Origin: Rhizaria sp. SCN 62-66
Lineage: Eukaryota
Direction of reading: 5' to 3'
DNA: 20,000 bases
NCBI GenBank assembly: GCA_001724265.1
Contig: MEDY01000240.1
Location: 51,126 to 71,125, forward strand
Positions 9,101-19,958 of this stretch are shown here, in pieces (positions within the stretch are counted from its first letter, which is position 1; each line of letters starts with the position of its first letter). The position numbers and the translations under genes are program-made. The notes beneath the pieces were generated by a model, which was given only the letters and a program-made list of their open reading frames with translations, made no database searches and had not been told where the DNA came from.

Positions 9101-12100
9101 CGTGCGCGTGTACGCGCGCGTGCTCATCGATGACAACCTCTGCGACCGCGACTACTACATGCGCACCGCGACCGCCGCCGCCAACGCCAGCAGCGGTAGG
9201 AGCAGGGCCGCAATGTGCAAGCGCGATAGTGACGAGGTTGACGTGCTGTGCAGCAAGTGCTGGCAGCAGAGCACGACGCGCCTCCCCACCGCCGCCGACC
9301 TCGCCGGCGTCGTCGGAAACGGCGACTCGACTAGCTTTGAGGTGCTGTGCGCGTACTGCAACGCGGCGTCGGCGAGCTTGCTCCCGCTGCTGCCCGCCGC
9401 AGCTGTGGACGTGCGCGCGCTCAGCGTGACACTGGGCGAGGCCGAGCTCACTCTCGACGCCGCCGCCGTGGCCGGTGTAGCCAGCCTGCAGGAGCGCGTG
9501 CGGCTACACTACCTCACCAAGGAGCACAACAAGAACAGCAGCAGCTATGGCAACGCCATTGATGACGACGGCAAGGACGCTGAGCCCAAGGTCGGGGTCA
9601 GGGTGCTCGCGTCGACCATCCTTACGCTCAAGGAGCCCGTCGCCCCCTGTCCCACTCATAGCGGCAGCGCCCCCCGCTGCCCCGCGCAGCCCGCGCGGCC
9701 CGCGGCGGCGGCTGCGGAGACGACAGGCTCTTTGGCCGTGACGGTTACTCTGGCGCCGCTGGAACACGCGGCCGCGCTGGCGCGGCTCGAGGCGACTGCC
9801 ATCCAGGCTGAGCGCCGTAGTGACGCGGCCGAGGCGGGGGCCGTCGCGCTGCCGGGCGTGTGCGTGCCCATGCGCCTCACCGCCGACGCCGCGCGCATGC
9901 ACCGCGCTGCGCTCAGCGACGCGCTCAATAACAATAACAACAGCAGCCCCAACAGCAATAACAGCGTGAGCATCACTCTCGAGACGCTGCTGAGTAAGGT
10001 GCTGCCGGCGGTGCGCGCGCAGGCCGCCGCCGCCGCCGCCACGGCCGCCGCGGTCGACCATCGCTCTCGCAACCCCCTCAACCCCGCCTCTGCCGCTGCC
10101 TCTGCTTCTGCCGCGACAGCTACAACTGCAGCGGCGGCGACTGGGACGCACGCAGCACCCGCGGCCACGAGTACCCCGCGCGTGCCCGTCGCGGTGCCGG
10201 GCCGCGTGCTGGTCCCGTGGCCCCGACTGACGCTCAGCCTCGCCGACCTGCGGCTGCCGCTGTCCTGGGCCCGGGCGCCCGCACTGGCCGCGCTCGCTCT
10301 GAGCTTCTTCAGCGTCAGCGTCTCGCACCCCGGACTCGCCCCGCCGCGCCAGCCCTGGCTCGTGCCCGCCGGCAGCGTCGGCGCGAGCGCCAGGAATGTC
10401 GGTTGCGCTAGCGGCAGCAGTGACCCCGGTGTCGGTGGGAGCGGCGGCGGGCGCGCGCTGGCGCTGCAGTCAGGCTGGCGGCCGCCCATGGCCACGCACG
10501 CCGTGCGCGGCGACATCGTCGTCGCCGAGTACCCCAGTCAAACCAGCCAAGCCAGTCAAAACATCAACGCCAGCAGCAACGCGGACGACGCGAAGACTGA
10601 CAGCTCTAGTGTTGAAGTCGCCTCTGCGAAAAGCAAGACTGCTGTCGCCGTTGCTGGCGCGACTGCCACCGCGCCAGTGCCCGTACCCGTGCTCTGGGTG
10701 CCTCTGCGCGCGGCCACGCAGCTTACCCCGCTTGCGGCCACTCCCTCCGCTCACGGTCACGGTGAAGAGATTATGGTGACTATGAGCGAGCTGCGGGCCA
10801 CGCTGGCCGCGCTGCGCCGCGCACCACTGCTTCTCACGGTCACCATGTCGGACTCGCCATTCGCGCCCATCTCCACAGCAACCACTGTCGAGGCTGACGG
10901 CGACTGTGCGGACAACGGCGACACCGATGGCGAGAGTGGCGACTGTGAGCATACGACGCGTGACCACTTGCAGCCGCGGCAGCAAGTGACCGTGAGCGCT
11001 CTGGACGGCTCCATCGCGCTCCCACCCGCCCACAGCCGTTCCGGCGCGCACGGCCCCGGCTACGGGCCCGCGCACAGCACCGCCGACGCCGCCGCAGCCG
11101 CGCCCACGGCCACGCCCGCGATCGGCTCGCTGCAGGACCCGTGCCCCGGCGTGCCCGTGGACTTCGACGCTGTCGCTTACCTCGCCGCGCGCCCCGGCAC
11201 GTACACCGGCTCCATGGGGACTTACACCGGCGACGGCGAGGGCGCGGAGGGCTATCAGTACGGCAACGGCGTGCCTGCGCAGTGGGACGCGCGCGGGCGC
11301 CGCGTGCACAACCCCTTCGTGCGGACCACCGCGCCCTTTTCCGCCGCGCCGCTCCGCAAGACCGCGGCCGCGGACAAGCTCGCGCTCCACAACAAGAGCA
11401 ACGCCTCCGCGGGCGTCGGCAACGGGGGCTTTCACGGCAATGGCAACGGCGGGAATAGCAACGCGGGCATCATGTCGGCCGCTGCGGGTCACTCCGCCTC
11501 CGGTGCTAGTTCTAGCTCTAGTTCAAGTGGCGCTTCTGTGAATCCCCCCGGGATGCTGTACGGCCGCCGCACCGGCTACGACGTGGCCCCTGCGCACCTG
11601 GCACGCCTCGCCGACACCGTGCGCGACTGCGCCGTCCGCCGCGGCCACGGCCTCGGCCACGGTGACGGCGACGGCCAAAGCGGGGAGGACGAATGGGCTG
11701 TGGACGCGGCGACCGCGGCCGACACGCTCGACATCCACCACCACGACGGCGACGGGAATGTCGCTAATACTGGCCGTGAGTTCGCAACTGTGGCCGCGCG
11801 CGGCGGACGTCTGCTGAAGAACACTGACTTCGCGACCACTCAGCATGTGTACGACGTCATCACCGGCGCAACCTACGAACGCAAGCTCCGTGGCGAGCAG
11901 CCACTGCGTTCTGTTGGCAGCAGCGGCAGCAACAGTAACGTGACTGCAAGCGGCGTCAAGACGGGCAGCAAGGCCATCGCCGACTGGCTCTGGAAGGAGA
12001 AGGTGTGCGCCAGCGGCGTCTTCACCGTCGCCAACGCTAACGGCAGCGGCAGCGGCAGCGACAACGGCGCCGCGATCACTGCTGCCAGCACTGCTAACAG

Positions 12101-15100
12101 CAGCAGCAGCAACAGCAGCAGCAAGGCCAGCAGCGGCGCCAGCGTGTGCAGCGGGTCCAACACGCGCGAGATCGCTACGTGCGCCGTCTCCGCCAGCGAG
12201 CTCGCGGACGCGCTCGTCGCCTCCGTGGCGATGCGGCTTAACTTGAAGGACCCGCGCCAGCTCGACCGCGAGTACGGCTTGACTTTCATCTCGGACCCCC
12301 GTCGCCAGCAGCGCAGTACAAGCGTCTCCTCGCAGTCCAGCGGCGCGAGCAATAGCGACGGCAACGCCGCGTTTGGCGTGAACGCGCTCAGGCGCCGCGA
12401 GACCGCGATGGCGGTGGCGCTGCTGGCGGCGCCGCCGTCGCCGCTCGACGCCGCCGCGGCGGCCGCGGCGAAGCGCGAGCCTGTGTGCGTGGGCGCGCTC
12501 GCGCGGGCCGGCGTTGTCGACTACACCGTCGCGCCGTGGGCCGCGGCGGGCGCGGGCGGCGAGAGTGAGACGAGCAAGGCTGCGGCGGCCATCAACGCGC
12601 TCCAGCAGCAGCAAGGCGACGACGGAGCCGCTGTGGCGGCCAACGAGGAACGCAAGCCGGGCTGCCCTGTGACGACGCATAAGCCGCTGAGTGAGGCTGC
12701 GCTGGTGCGGCTTGACTTCAAGATCGACCCCTATGTAGCCGACGGTAGCAGCGGCAGCAAGAGCGTTGAGTCGGTGACTGCGGCTGAGGAACATGAGGCG
12801 TGGGAAGCTTACCTGCAATCGCAACAGCCGCCACAGAAGCCGCAGCAGCAGAAGAGTCAGCTCAACAACTCAATGGCTGCTCCTGCTGCCAACGCTGCGA
12901 ACGTTTCCAGTGTTTGCGATGAGAGTGAGCTGAGTGCCTTCATCCTGCCTCACATGCCCGCCTCAAGTGACTGCAATAGCAACAACAACGGCAACCTCAA
13001 CGGCTCTATGTTCGAGCGCGAGTTGAACGAAGTCACCGCTTTAACCCGTGCAGTTCGGAGCCTCATCTCCAACACACAGCAACAGCAGCAGCAGCAGCCG
13101 CAGCCGTCTCAGGGGCAGTTTGCGCCACAACAGCAGCATGCGCCGCGCGAGCGCGAGCAGTCTCTGAACGCGACGGCCGCGGTGGGGCCCGGCGTGCACA
13201 TCACGGTCAATGGCAGCTTCACAAGCGACCACAGCCACCACCACCACCACTACCTCCGCGACCGTGACCGTGACCGCGAGCGTGAGCAGATGTGGCCGAG
13301 CAGCTCCAGCAACGCCGCTGCCGCGCACGGCCAGCCTGCTCCGCCCAGCGCAAGCGCCAACACCGGTGCTGCGAGCTACGGTCTGGCTGGCCCCGCGTCC
13401 CGCCGTCCCCCCACAGCGCCCACAAACGCTGCGTTCCCCGCCGGCCCAGCGGCGGCCGCGCCCTCTGCGAAGCTGTGCGCGACAGCGCTGATCAAGGCCG
13501 CCAACACCAACGCGACGCGCGCACGCGCGCAGAGTCTCGACACGGGCGCGGAGACGGGCTTCGGCGCGCGCCACAGCCTCGGCGCCGGCGTAAGCCTCTC
13601 CGTGTACGAGGACGACGGCGATCGTGGCCCCCGCATGTCGCCGCCGGAGGCCGTGGGCTCGATCATCACGCCGCCGCAGAGCTCCCCGTCCAACTCGCAG
13701 TACAACACCAGCAACAGCAACTTTCTGAGCGGCAGCAGCGGCACCGTCGGCGCCGGTGTAATCTTGATGGCCGCGGGTGCCGCCGCGGGCGCGCACGACG
13801 ACGCGCACAGCGACACCAAGTCATACTTCCGCCCGCCCTCGCCGCTGACGGCGCCGCCGAGCGTGCCGCAGTCGCCCTGCAGCGTCGCCAAGACCGTCGC
13901 TGGCACAGATGCCGTCTCAGTCGTCGCCAGCAGCGTCGCAGGCGGCTGGGCGGCGCAATCCGCGCTGCCGCTGCCGCTGCCGCTGGCGCAGCCGGCGCTT
14001 ACGCCGGGCGCGGGTGCGGGTGCGCCGCCGCACGTGCCGCTGCCGCTGCCGCCGACCGCGAGCAGCAGCAGCAACGCAACGGTCACTGACGCGGCCCCTG
14101 TGCCTGCTGATGCAACCAGCAGCCCCATCGGTCCTGATACTTCTGAGTCTGCCGTCGCTCCTGCTGCTGCCACTGCCGGCACGCCCACTCCCGTGGGCTT
14201 TGTGTGCGGGCGCGCCGGCAGCAGCATCGTGCCCGGCGGCGTCGGCTCCATCGGCTCCATCCCGCGGCCCCCCAGCGCGAACCCGCTGGCGCAAGCGCAC
14301 AGTGTCGATGGCAGTGCGAATGCCTTGGTGCTGAACCCGGTTGCCGCAGTAGCCGGCAGTCCTGCGCCTGTCGCTGGCGGCGCCAGCACCGCGTTCACCG
14401 GCGGCGTCGGCTTTACGGTGATCGGCGGCTCGTCGCTGTGGAAGCGGCCTGCGAGCCTCATGAGCCGCGTCGCTTCGCAAACGCCAACGATGGCCGACGG
14501 TGCCGACAATAATCGCAATATTGGCGACGCAGTCTCCCCAGTCCCGACTGCAGTGCCTGTCGCGGGTGTCGTGCCCACAACGACTGCAACTGCAACTATG
14601 GCCGACGCTGCTGGTGCGAACGATTCTGCTTCTGGTGTTCAGTTGCAAGAGCATATGCTTCATGCCGCGCAACCGACAGTGTCGCAGCCCACCGCCGTCG
14701 GTGCCGCCAGCCTTCCGATGCCTCTGCCGCCAACGCCTCTGTCGTCGTCCTCCTCCTCATCCTCGCCCACCGACGCTGCCCAGTCCGACGCCGCCCGGTC
14801 CGCCGCCGCCGCGACTGTTGCCACGGCGGCCGCGTCCCCCACGCTGCCCAGCGGCAGCGACGACGCGGCCTCGCCGCAGCTGCGCGCGCACCCGCACGCG
14901 CATTCGCAGCAGCAGCAGCAGCAGCAGCAGCAGCCGTCGTCGTCGTATGTGCCCGGCACGGTCTCGAGCCCAGTCGCGGCCAGCGCGGGCGCCAGTGTCT
15001 TCGGCCTTGGCAGCGGCGGCGTCGACAGCGTACCCGGGTCCCCCGCCGCCGCGGCCGTGCCTATCTCGGTGCCGCCGCTGCCGCTGACGAGGCTCGTCGG

Positions 15101-16838
15101 CGCCGCAGGCGGCTATGCCGCGTACTCTGGCGGGCTCAGCGCCGCGGGCGGGGCTCAGCAGGCCGCCACCGCCCACCCCAGTCACGCCCACAACCACGCG
15201 CAGGCGCAGGCGCAGGCGCAGGGGCAGGCGCTGGGACAGGGGCTCGGTCACCCGGGCCAGAGCCAGACCGAGAGGCACGTCGCCACAAGCGCGAGCGCCG
15301 CCACAAGCAGCAGTCTTGCGGCAAGCGTGAGCAGCGGTGCAGTGCCGGCTGCTGGCGTGGATGCGGCGACGACCGCTCCGAATGGTAACGGCGCTCAAGA
15401 CGCCCCCCTTGGTGCTGCGGCAACGGTCAACGACGAGGATGCGTTTTACAACGCGGGAGAAGAGACCTTCCGCCGCCTCTACAGCTCGCTCGGCCCCGAG
15501 ACCGACATCAACGCGGACGCTGACGGCGACAAGGTTGGCAACGGTGCCGCTCTTAGCCCGTCTGCCGGCGCAGACCGCGACTTCGACCCGCTGGAGGACA
15601 TCGCGGCCGTGCTGGCCCGCGTCCGCGCGCGCAGTGTGGCCGCCACGCACGCCGCTGCCGTGTCCGCTGTCGCGCTGACCGACGGCGACCCCGCGGACCC
15701 CGCGCTGGCCGCGCTGCCCTCGCCGGTCATGCGCAGCAGCAGCGGCAGCAGCGGCGACGCTAGCGGCCGCGGCTACGGGCGCAGCTACGGTCACGGTGGC
15801 AGTCACGGTGTTGGTCAGAGTAGTGCTGTTGCGGCTGTTGCTAAGATCAGTCGGATGGTCAGTTCAATTAGCCCTGCAGACAACGGTCACGGCTACAACA
15901 TGGGCTACGACAGTGGTCGCAGTAGTGGCAGCAGCGGCTTCAGTAACGGCAGTCAGAACAACGACTTCGCTCCGCACAGTAGCAGCAAGTTTTTCAAGAA
16001 TTTAAGCACTTCATCTGACAACAAGTCTAAGGGGCGCGTGCCGAACCCTTATCTTGCTGATTATCACCAGAGCCCGCGCTCGTTTGCCTCCGCCTCTGCT
16101 GCCGCGCTGAGCAACAGCATCGGTCACAACGGCAGCAGCTCTAAGAACGGCTCCAGTGTGTTCGATAGTCGCCTCAGTGGCGCCAACAAGCACCAGTCGC
16201 ATTTTAATCCCCACGCTAGTAAGTACGGTGACCACGATGAGAACGCGTCACCTCGCTCGTACGGCCACAATAACAACAACTACGGCAGCCACGCGAGCGC
16301 CATTGTTGACTCTGCTCGCGGCAACGGCAACGGAATCGAGGCTAACTACGACGATGACGACGCGACGAGCGATGTGCTGGCCAACTGGCGTGCCAAGAAC
16401 GCCGCCACCACGCGCGCCGCTGCCGCTGCCGCTGTTGCTGCTGGTAATGGCAACGACGGCGAGCCAGTGAGCGTGACGCGCATTCTGGCCGCGGCCGACG
16501 CTGGTCTGGGCGTGTCTTCCCCCTCAAACCTTAGCTCGCAATCCAGCGACGGCGGCCGCCGGTACAACCACGTCGGGAGCCCAGGGCCGCTCAGCGGGCG
16601 CAGCAGCGGCAGCAGTGACGGGCTGGGCGGCGGGTTGGGCGTCAGCCCCCGCAGCGGCAGCAGCGACAGCGGCGTTGTCTGCGCCGCGGACCCGCTGAGT
16701 GACCGTGAGCACTACTACGGCGGATTCGGCCGTGACCGTGACCGTGGGCATGCGCGGTACGACAATCAGGAGCAAGTGGAGCTGCTGTCGCCTCGCAGCG
16801 GGGTCATCTCGCCGCTGAGCGGCGTTATGGACTTCTAA
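6129..16838 (+). CDS. C2CD3: C2CD3-like centriolar/ciliary C2-domain protein; join(6129..6411,6562..16838), about 3519 aa, one exonic in-frame TAG at 7674-7676 (ends at TGA 16850 if TAA is also sense)
   Basis: The spliced N-terminus SLPPGVRGDVLGEIALTIDRVQW..VFVRAKWWGD..NTIVYGVRGDISRYLSDMKLLVCDV..RVLGQLSLHLAFTPL matches the N-terminal C2 domain of C2CD3 as I recall it (LPP.V.G, V.VRVRWWGE, YLTDM..LVLEV, LGELQVSLALEPL). Track ORFs 5934, 6528 and 7779 share one frame; 6528 and 7779 are separated only by one TAG plus 34 sense codons. Later beta-strand islands (LALRLTVEQASL, TLGEAELTL, GSLAVTVTL) suggest further C2 domains. Confidence 0.8.
6412..6561 (+). other. Phase-1 GT-AG spliceosomal intron, 150 nt
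   Basis: G|GTTCGT...CTCTCTCCTCGCAG|AC. About 39% GC (59/150 by hand count) against GC-rich exons. Splicing restores the motif RYLSDMKLLV. Confidence 0.85.
7260..7679 (+). repeat. Several CAG/CAA poly-Gln tracts; the last contains a TAG
   Basis: QHQQHQQQLQQQQQQQ (from about 7260), QQQQQQQYAQQQQQ (from about 7383), and CAA CAA CAG CAG CAG CAA CAA CAG TAG CAG (7650-7679). Confidence 0.85.
7674..7676 (+). other. In-frame TAG within a poly-Gln run of the C2CD3-like gene (putative UAG=Gln)
   Basis: Eight Gln codons precede it and one follows; the frame then stays open to 16836. Confidence 0.75.
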
Positions 16839-16850
16839 TGCAGTGTGTGA

Positions 16851-17024
16851 GCAAGCGGCAAGTCGATGTAAGTGTGGATTAAACACTCTTTAATATTATG
16901 AATAGAACAATAAATAGTCGCATTTGTATTCAAATATGAAGAAAGAACAAAAACAGATTCTAGATAACATGTGCATGTAAATAATCACTCAGAGGTCTGA
17001 CGACAACTTGTGTTCGCATGTTGT
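16851..17024. terminator. AT-rich convergent 3' UTR / polyadenylation region
   Basis: Sharp fall in GC between two tail-to-tail genes; AATAAA at 16909-16914 on the plus strand. Confidence 0.4.
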
Positions 17025-17404
17025 TCAGAGCCCTTCAATCTTCGCAAGGAAATCGGCAAGGTCGTCCCCGTCGCCACTGCCAGTCCCGGCAGCCGTCTTG
17101 GGCTTCGGTGCCGACGTCATCGCAGCCGCCTGCGCCGCCCTCGCGCGCGCCACTGCCAATTCGCCAGTCGCAGTCGGCGCGCTTGCGCCCGCGCCCGCGC
17201 CCGCGGCGGCGGCGGCCTGGGGGCGCTTGGCCGCCAGAGACACCGCCGCGGGCACGAGCGCCGCGATGGCCTTGCTAACCGTCGGAACGGTCGGCGCTGC
17301 GGGGGCGGGCTTGGGGGCCGGCCCCGCGACATCCGCCTCAGTCGAAGGAGCAGTCGCGGTCGCGGCAGCATCAGTAGTCGCAGCAGCGCCAGGCGTGCTA
17401 ACGT

Positions 17405-17435
<31 letters not shown>

Positions 17436-19223
17436 CTTGTTCTTGTTGGCGTAGGGGTTCACCATGATGTGCCCCGCGCCCGCGCCGCCCGAGCCCGCGC
17501 CGCCGCGGCTGCGCTCGGCGGGGCCCAAGTACGCCAACAACGGGTCAACGGTCTCGGCCGCACCGGTGCCGGCGACAGCGCGCGCCCGGTGCCGGCGCTG
17601 CCGCGCGCTCGTCTCGTCGTCGTCGTCCGCGGGGGCGCTGGCGTTACTGTTGCTGTTGTTGCGTTGGGCGGCTTTGTTGGCCTTCCACTGCGCGCGCGCC
17701 TGTGCCGAGAGCGCGAGGGCGGCCTCGACGCCGGCGGACGCGGAGACGGGACCACCAACGATAGGGCCGCCGACAACGGGGCCGCCAACAACAGGGCCGC
17801 CAACAACGGGGCCGCCCACTACAGGGCCGCCGACGACGGGGCCAGAGACGGGGCCGCCGACGACAGGGGCGAGAGTCTTAGCGTGAGTGACGCCGTCGTA
17901 ATGACCGCTGCCATCATCGTCGTCGTCGCTGTCGTAGTTCGACACAATCGCCGCCCCAACACTCGCGCTCGCCGTGGCGCTCGGCTGAGTCGCCGCAGCT
18001 GCAGCGGTAACGGCAGAAGTGGTCGGGGGCAACTCAGGCCCGGCGACAGCACTCGCGCTCACAACACTCTGCGGTCGCGATTGTGACTGCTGGGCTTGCA
18101 GGTGGGCCCTCAGCACGGCCGGCGGGGGCGGCGGCGGCGGCGGACCTTGCCTCGGGCCATGAGGCTGCGGCTGGGCCTGCAACCGAGTCTGAGCCTGTGG
18201 CTGAGGCTGTGCGTTAGGAAACTGATTGTGCGCGCCGCGTCCCCTATGGTCCGCACCTCCGTACGCGCCCCCACGTGCTCCCCCATGTGTTACCCCATGC
18301 GTACCGGCCCCCGCACTGGCGATGGCTGCGGCGGCGTTCTGCCTGCGCTGCTCCGCGAGTGCCAGCGCCGCGCGAGCCGCCGCCGCGTCGTTGGCGGCAC
18401 GCGCGGCGGCCACGCAGTCCTCTGGCCGCAGCCAAGGCGGGAGCGGCACATTGCGCCACGGCGGCAGCGCCAGCAGCGGCCGCGCGTCCGCCGCGAGAAG
18501 CGAGTCGTCCTCGGCGCGAGTCCAGATGTTGTGGCAGCCGGCGCGGGCGGCGGCGGCGCGCGCGGCGGCGGCGTCGGCGGCGGCCGCAGCGGCCTCGGCC
18601 TCGGCGTCGGCCTTGGCCTTGGCGGCGGCGGCCGCGGCCGCTGCGGCGGCACCGCGCTTGGATGTCGCGCTCTCGGCGTCCGAGTCGTCAGAGGAGAACA
18701 AATCGGAGTAGTCCCCGTCGTCTTCTTCGTCGTCATCGTCGTCCTCGTCCTCGTCCTCGTCGTCGTCGTCGCCGTACTCGGTGGTGCGACCCTTGCCCCT
18801 GCGAGCCGTTGGCTGGCCGGAGCGCAGCTGCGCCAGCCGCCGCCGCTTCGCGCGCTGCTCCTCCGTCAGCACCGAGTCGCTGTCGTCGCCGTCGTCGTCG
18901 TCATCGCCGTCGCCCGTCGCACCGGGGCCCTTGCGGGCGCCCGCGGGGCCCGTGGCGGCGGCGGTAGCGGCGTCGCGCTCAACGGCCGCCTTGCGCAGCG
19001 TCGTCAGCTTCTTCATCTTCAGCGCGGCCACGGCGTCGTCCTTGTTGTGCACGAGCGCCACGCGCACCTTATCCATCTCGGCGTCAATGTCAGACACGGT
19101 CTTTGCGCTCCACTTGGCCGACTGCTGTTCCTGGCGCTCTTGGCGGCGCTTCTTCGCCTCGCGCTGGCTCGCCGCGCGACGGGCTTTAAGCGCGGGGTTG
19201 ATTTCGCGCTTATTTGATAGCAT
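17025..19223 (-). CDS. WBP11: WW domain-binding protein 11 (NpwBP/SIPP1)-like pre-mRNA splicing factor, 732 aa, intronless, ends in TGA
   Basis: The N-terminus INPALKARRAASQREAKKRRQER..KTVSDIDAEMDKV..KMKKL resembles the Wbp11 domain (recalled as MNP.D..RK..RKRELKKNK..R). It has acidic tracts and polyproline (QGPPPPPPPP). The C-terminal DDLADFLAKIEGL resembles the recalled WBP11 end DD.YE.FMKEMEGLL. ATG at 19223 with AT-rich flanks. Confidence 0.8.
17745..17870 (-). repeat. 15-bp coding minisatellite encoding (GGPVV) about 8 times
   Basis: The translation is PVVGGPVSGPVVGGPVVGGPVVGGPVVGGPVVGGPIVGGPV; units differ mostly at third codon positions. Confidence 0.9.
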
Positions 19224-19885
19224 CTACGCGTATAATAAACAAATAATATATGTAACGTGCGTGAATATTAGTGAGATGTTGCGAAAACGCTGTTGTCGGA
19301 TTTTACAGTCTCTTAGTTTTCTTCAAAGCAAACGATCATGACAACCTCCTCGAGCTCCCTCGAACTGAACGATAACAATTGTCAGTGATATACAACGACG
19401 GTGGAGCATGTGTTCCAGAGCTTTCTCTATGTTCCATATGTTGCAGCTTTGATTATGCGTACAAAAGCGAGTGTCTCTCAACCCTCAAGCAAACACGACG
19501 GGAGGAATCGGAAGGAATGGCCTGTCTGGATTCTCGCTCTGTCCACAACTGGGTTAACCGGATTCCCAACCCACAAGCGACGTTGTTTTCAGTCACACTC
19601 TACTCATAGCGTTTCTGGGAAACGACTGTTTTGATTAGATACTGTTCACTATTGTCAATCTCTGCGCACGAATCCAAAACCTCGCCCTCTCGATGCAGCA
19701 ACGACCGTCAGACGATGTGGATTCCTTCCCCTGATAATAATTCGTATATTAGTGGTACAAAATCGTTGATATTGAACAATAACCGAACATAAAACAATTC
19801 TAGATTCTGTATCTTCAAACATCATTTGTATATCTTCTGCAATCTGCTGAATTATTGCATTGTATTATTGTGCGTCGTCCTCGTG

Positions 19886-19958
19886 CATCACAAACATGTG
19901 ATAACACGGGGGTCGCGAATTGGGCCGTTTGCCTCTCCCACCCCACATGTTTGTGATG
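19886..19958. repeat. Perfect 15-bp inverted repeat with a 43-nt spacer
   Basis: CATCACAAACATGTG (19886-19900) is the exact reverse complement of CACATGTTTGTGATG (19944-19958). Confidence 0.85.

Noticed and set aside
7779-16838. The 3019-aa ORF as an independent gene starting at ATG 7779
   Set aside because: It is in the same frame as the upstream C2 exon, and the 102 nt after the TAG are GC-rich and coding-like, unlike the AT-rich spacers at true gene boundaries here.
2-16838. Both large genes being pseudogenes
   Set aside because: Each has a single lesion of the same type, with no frameshifts or other stops over thousands of codons and intact motifs. This is disfavoured rather than formally excluded.
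17745-17870. CRISPR-like array
   Set aside because: Contiguous 15-bp in-frame coding units with no spacers, in a eukaryotic gene with no cas genes nearby.
12-19341. Numerous overlapping 60-430 aa Arg/Ala/Pro/Leu-rich ORFs
   Set aside because: Antisense or shifted-frame shadows of GC-rich, triplet-repetitive coding sequence, with no recognisable domains.
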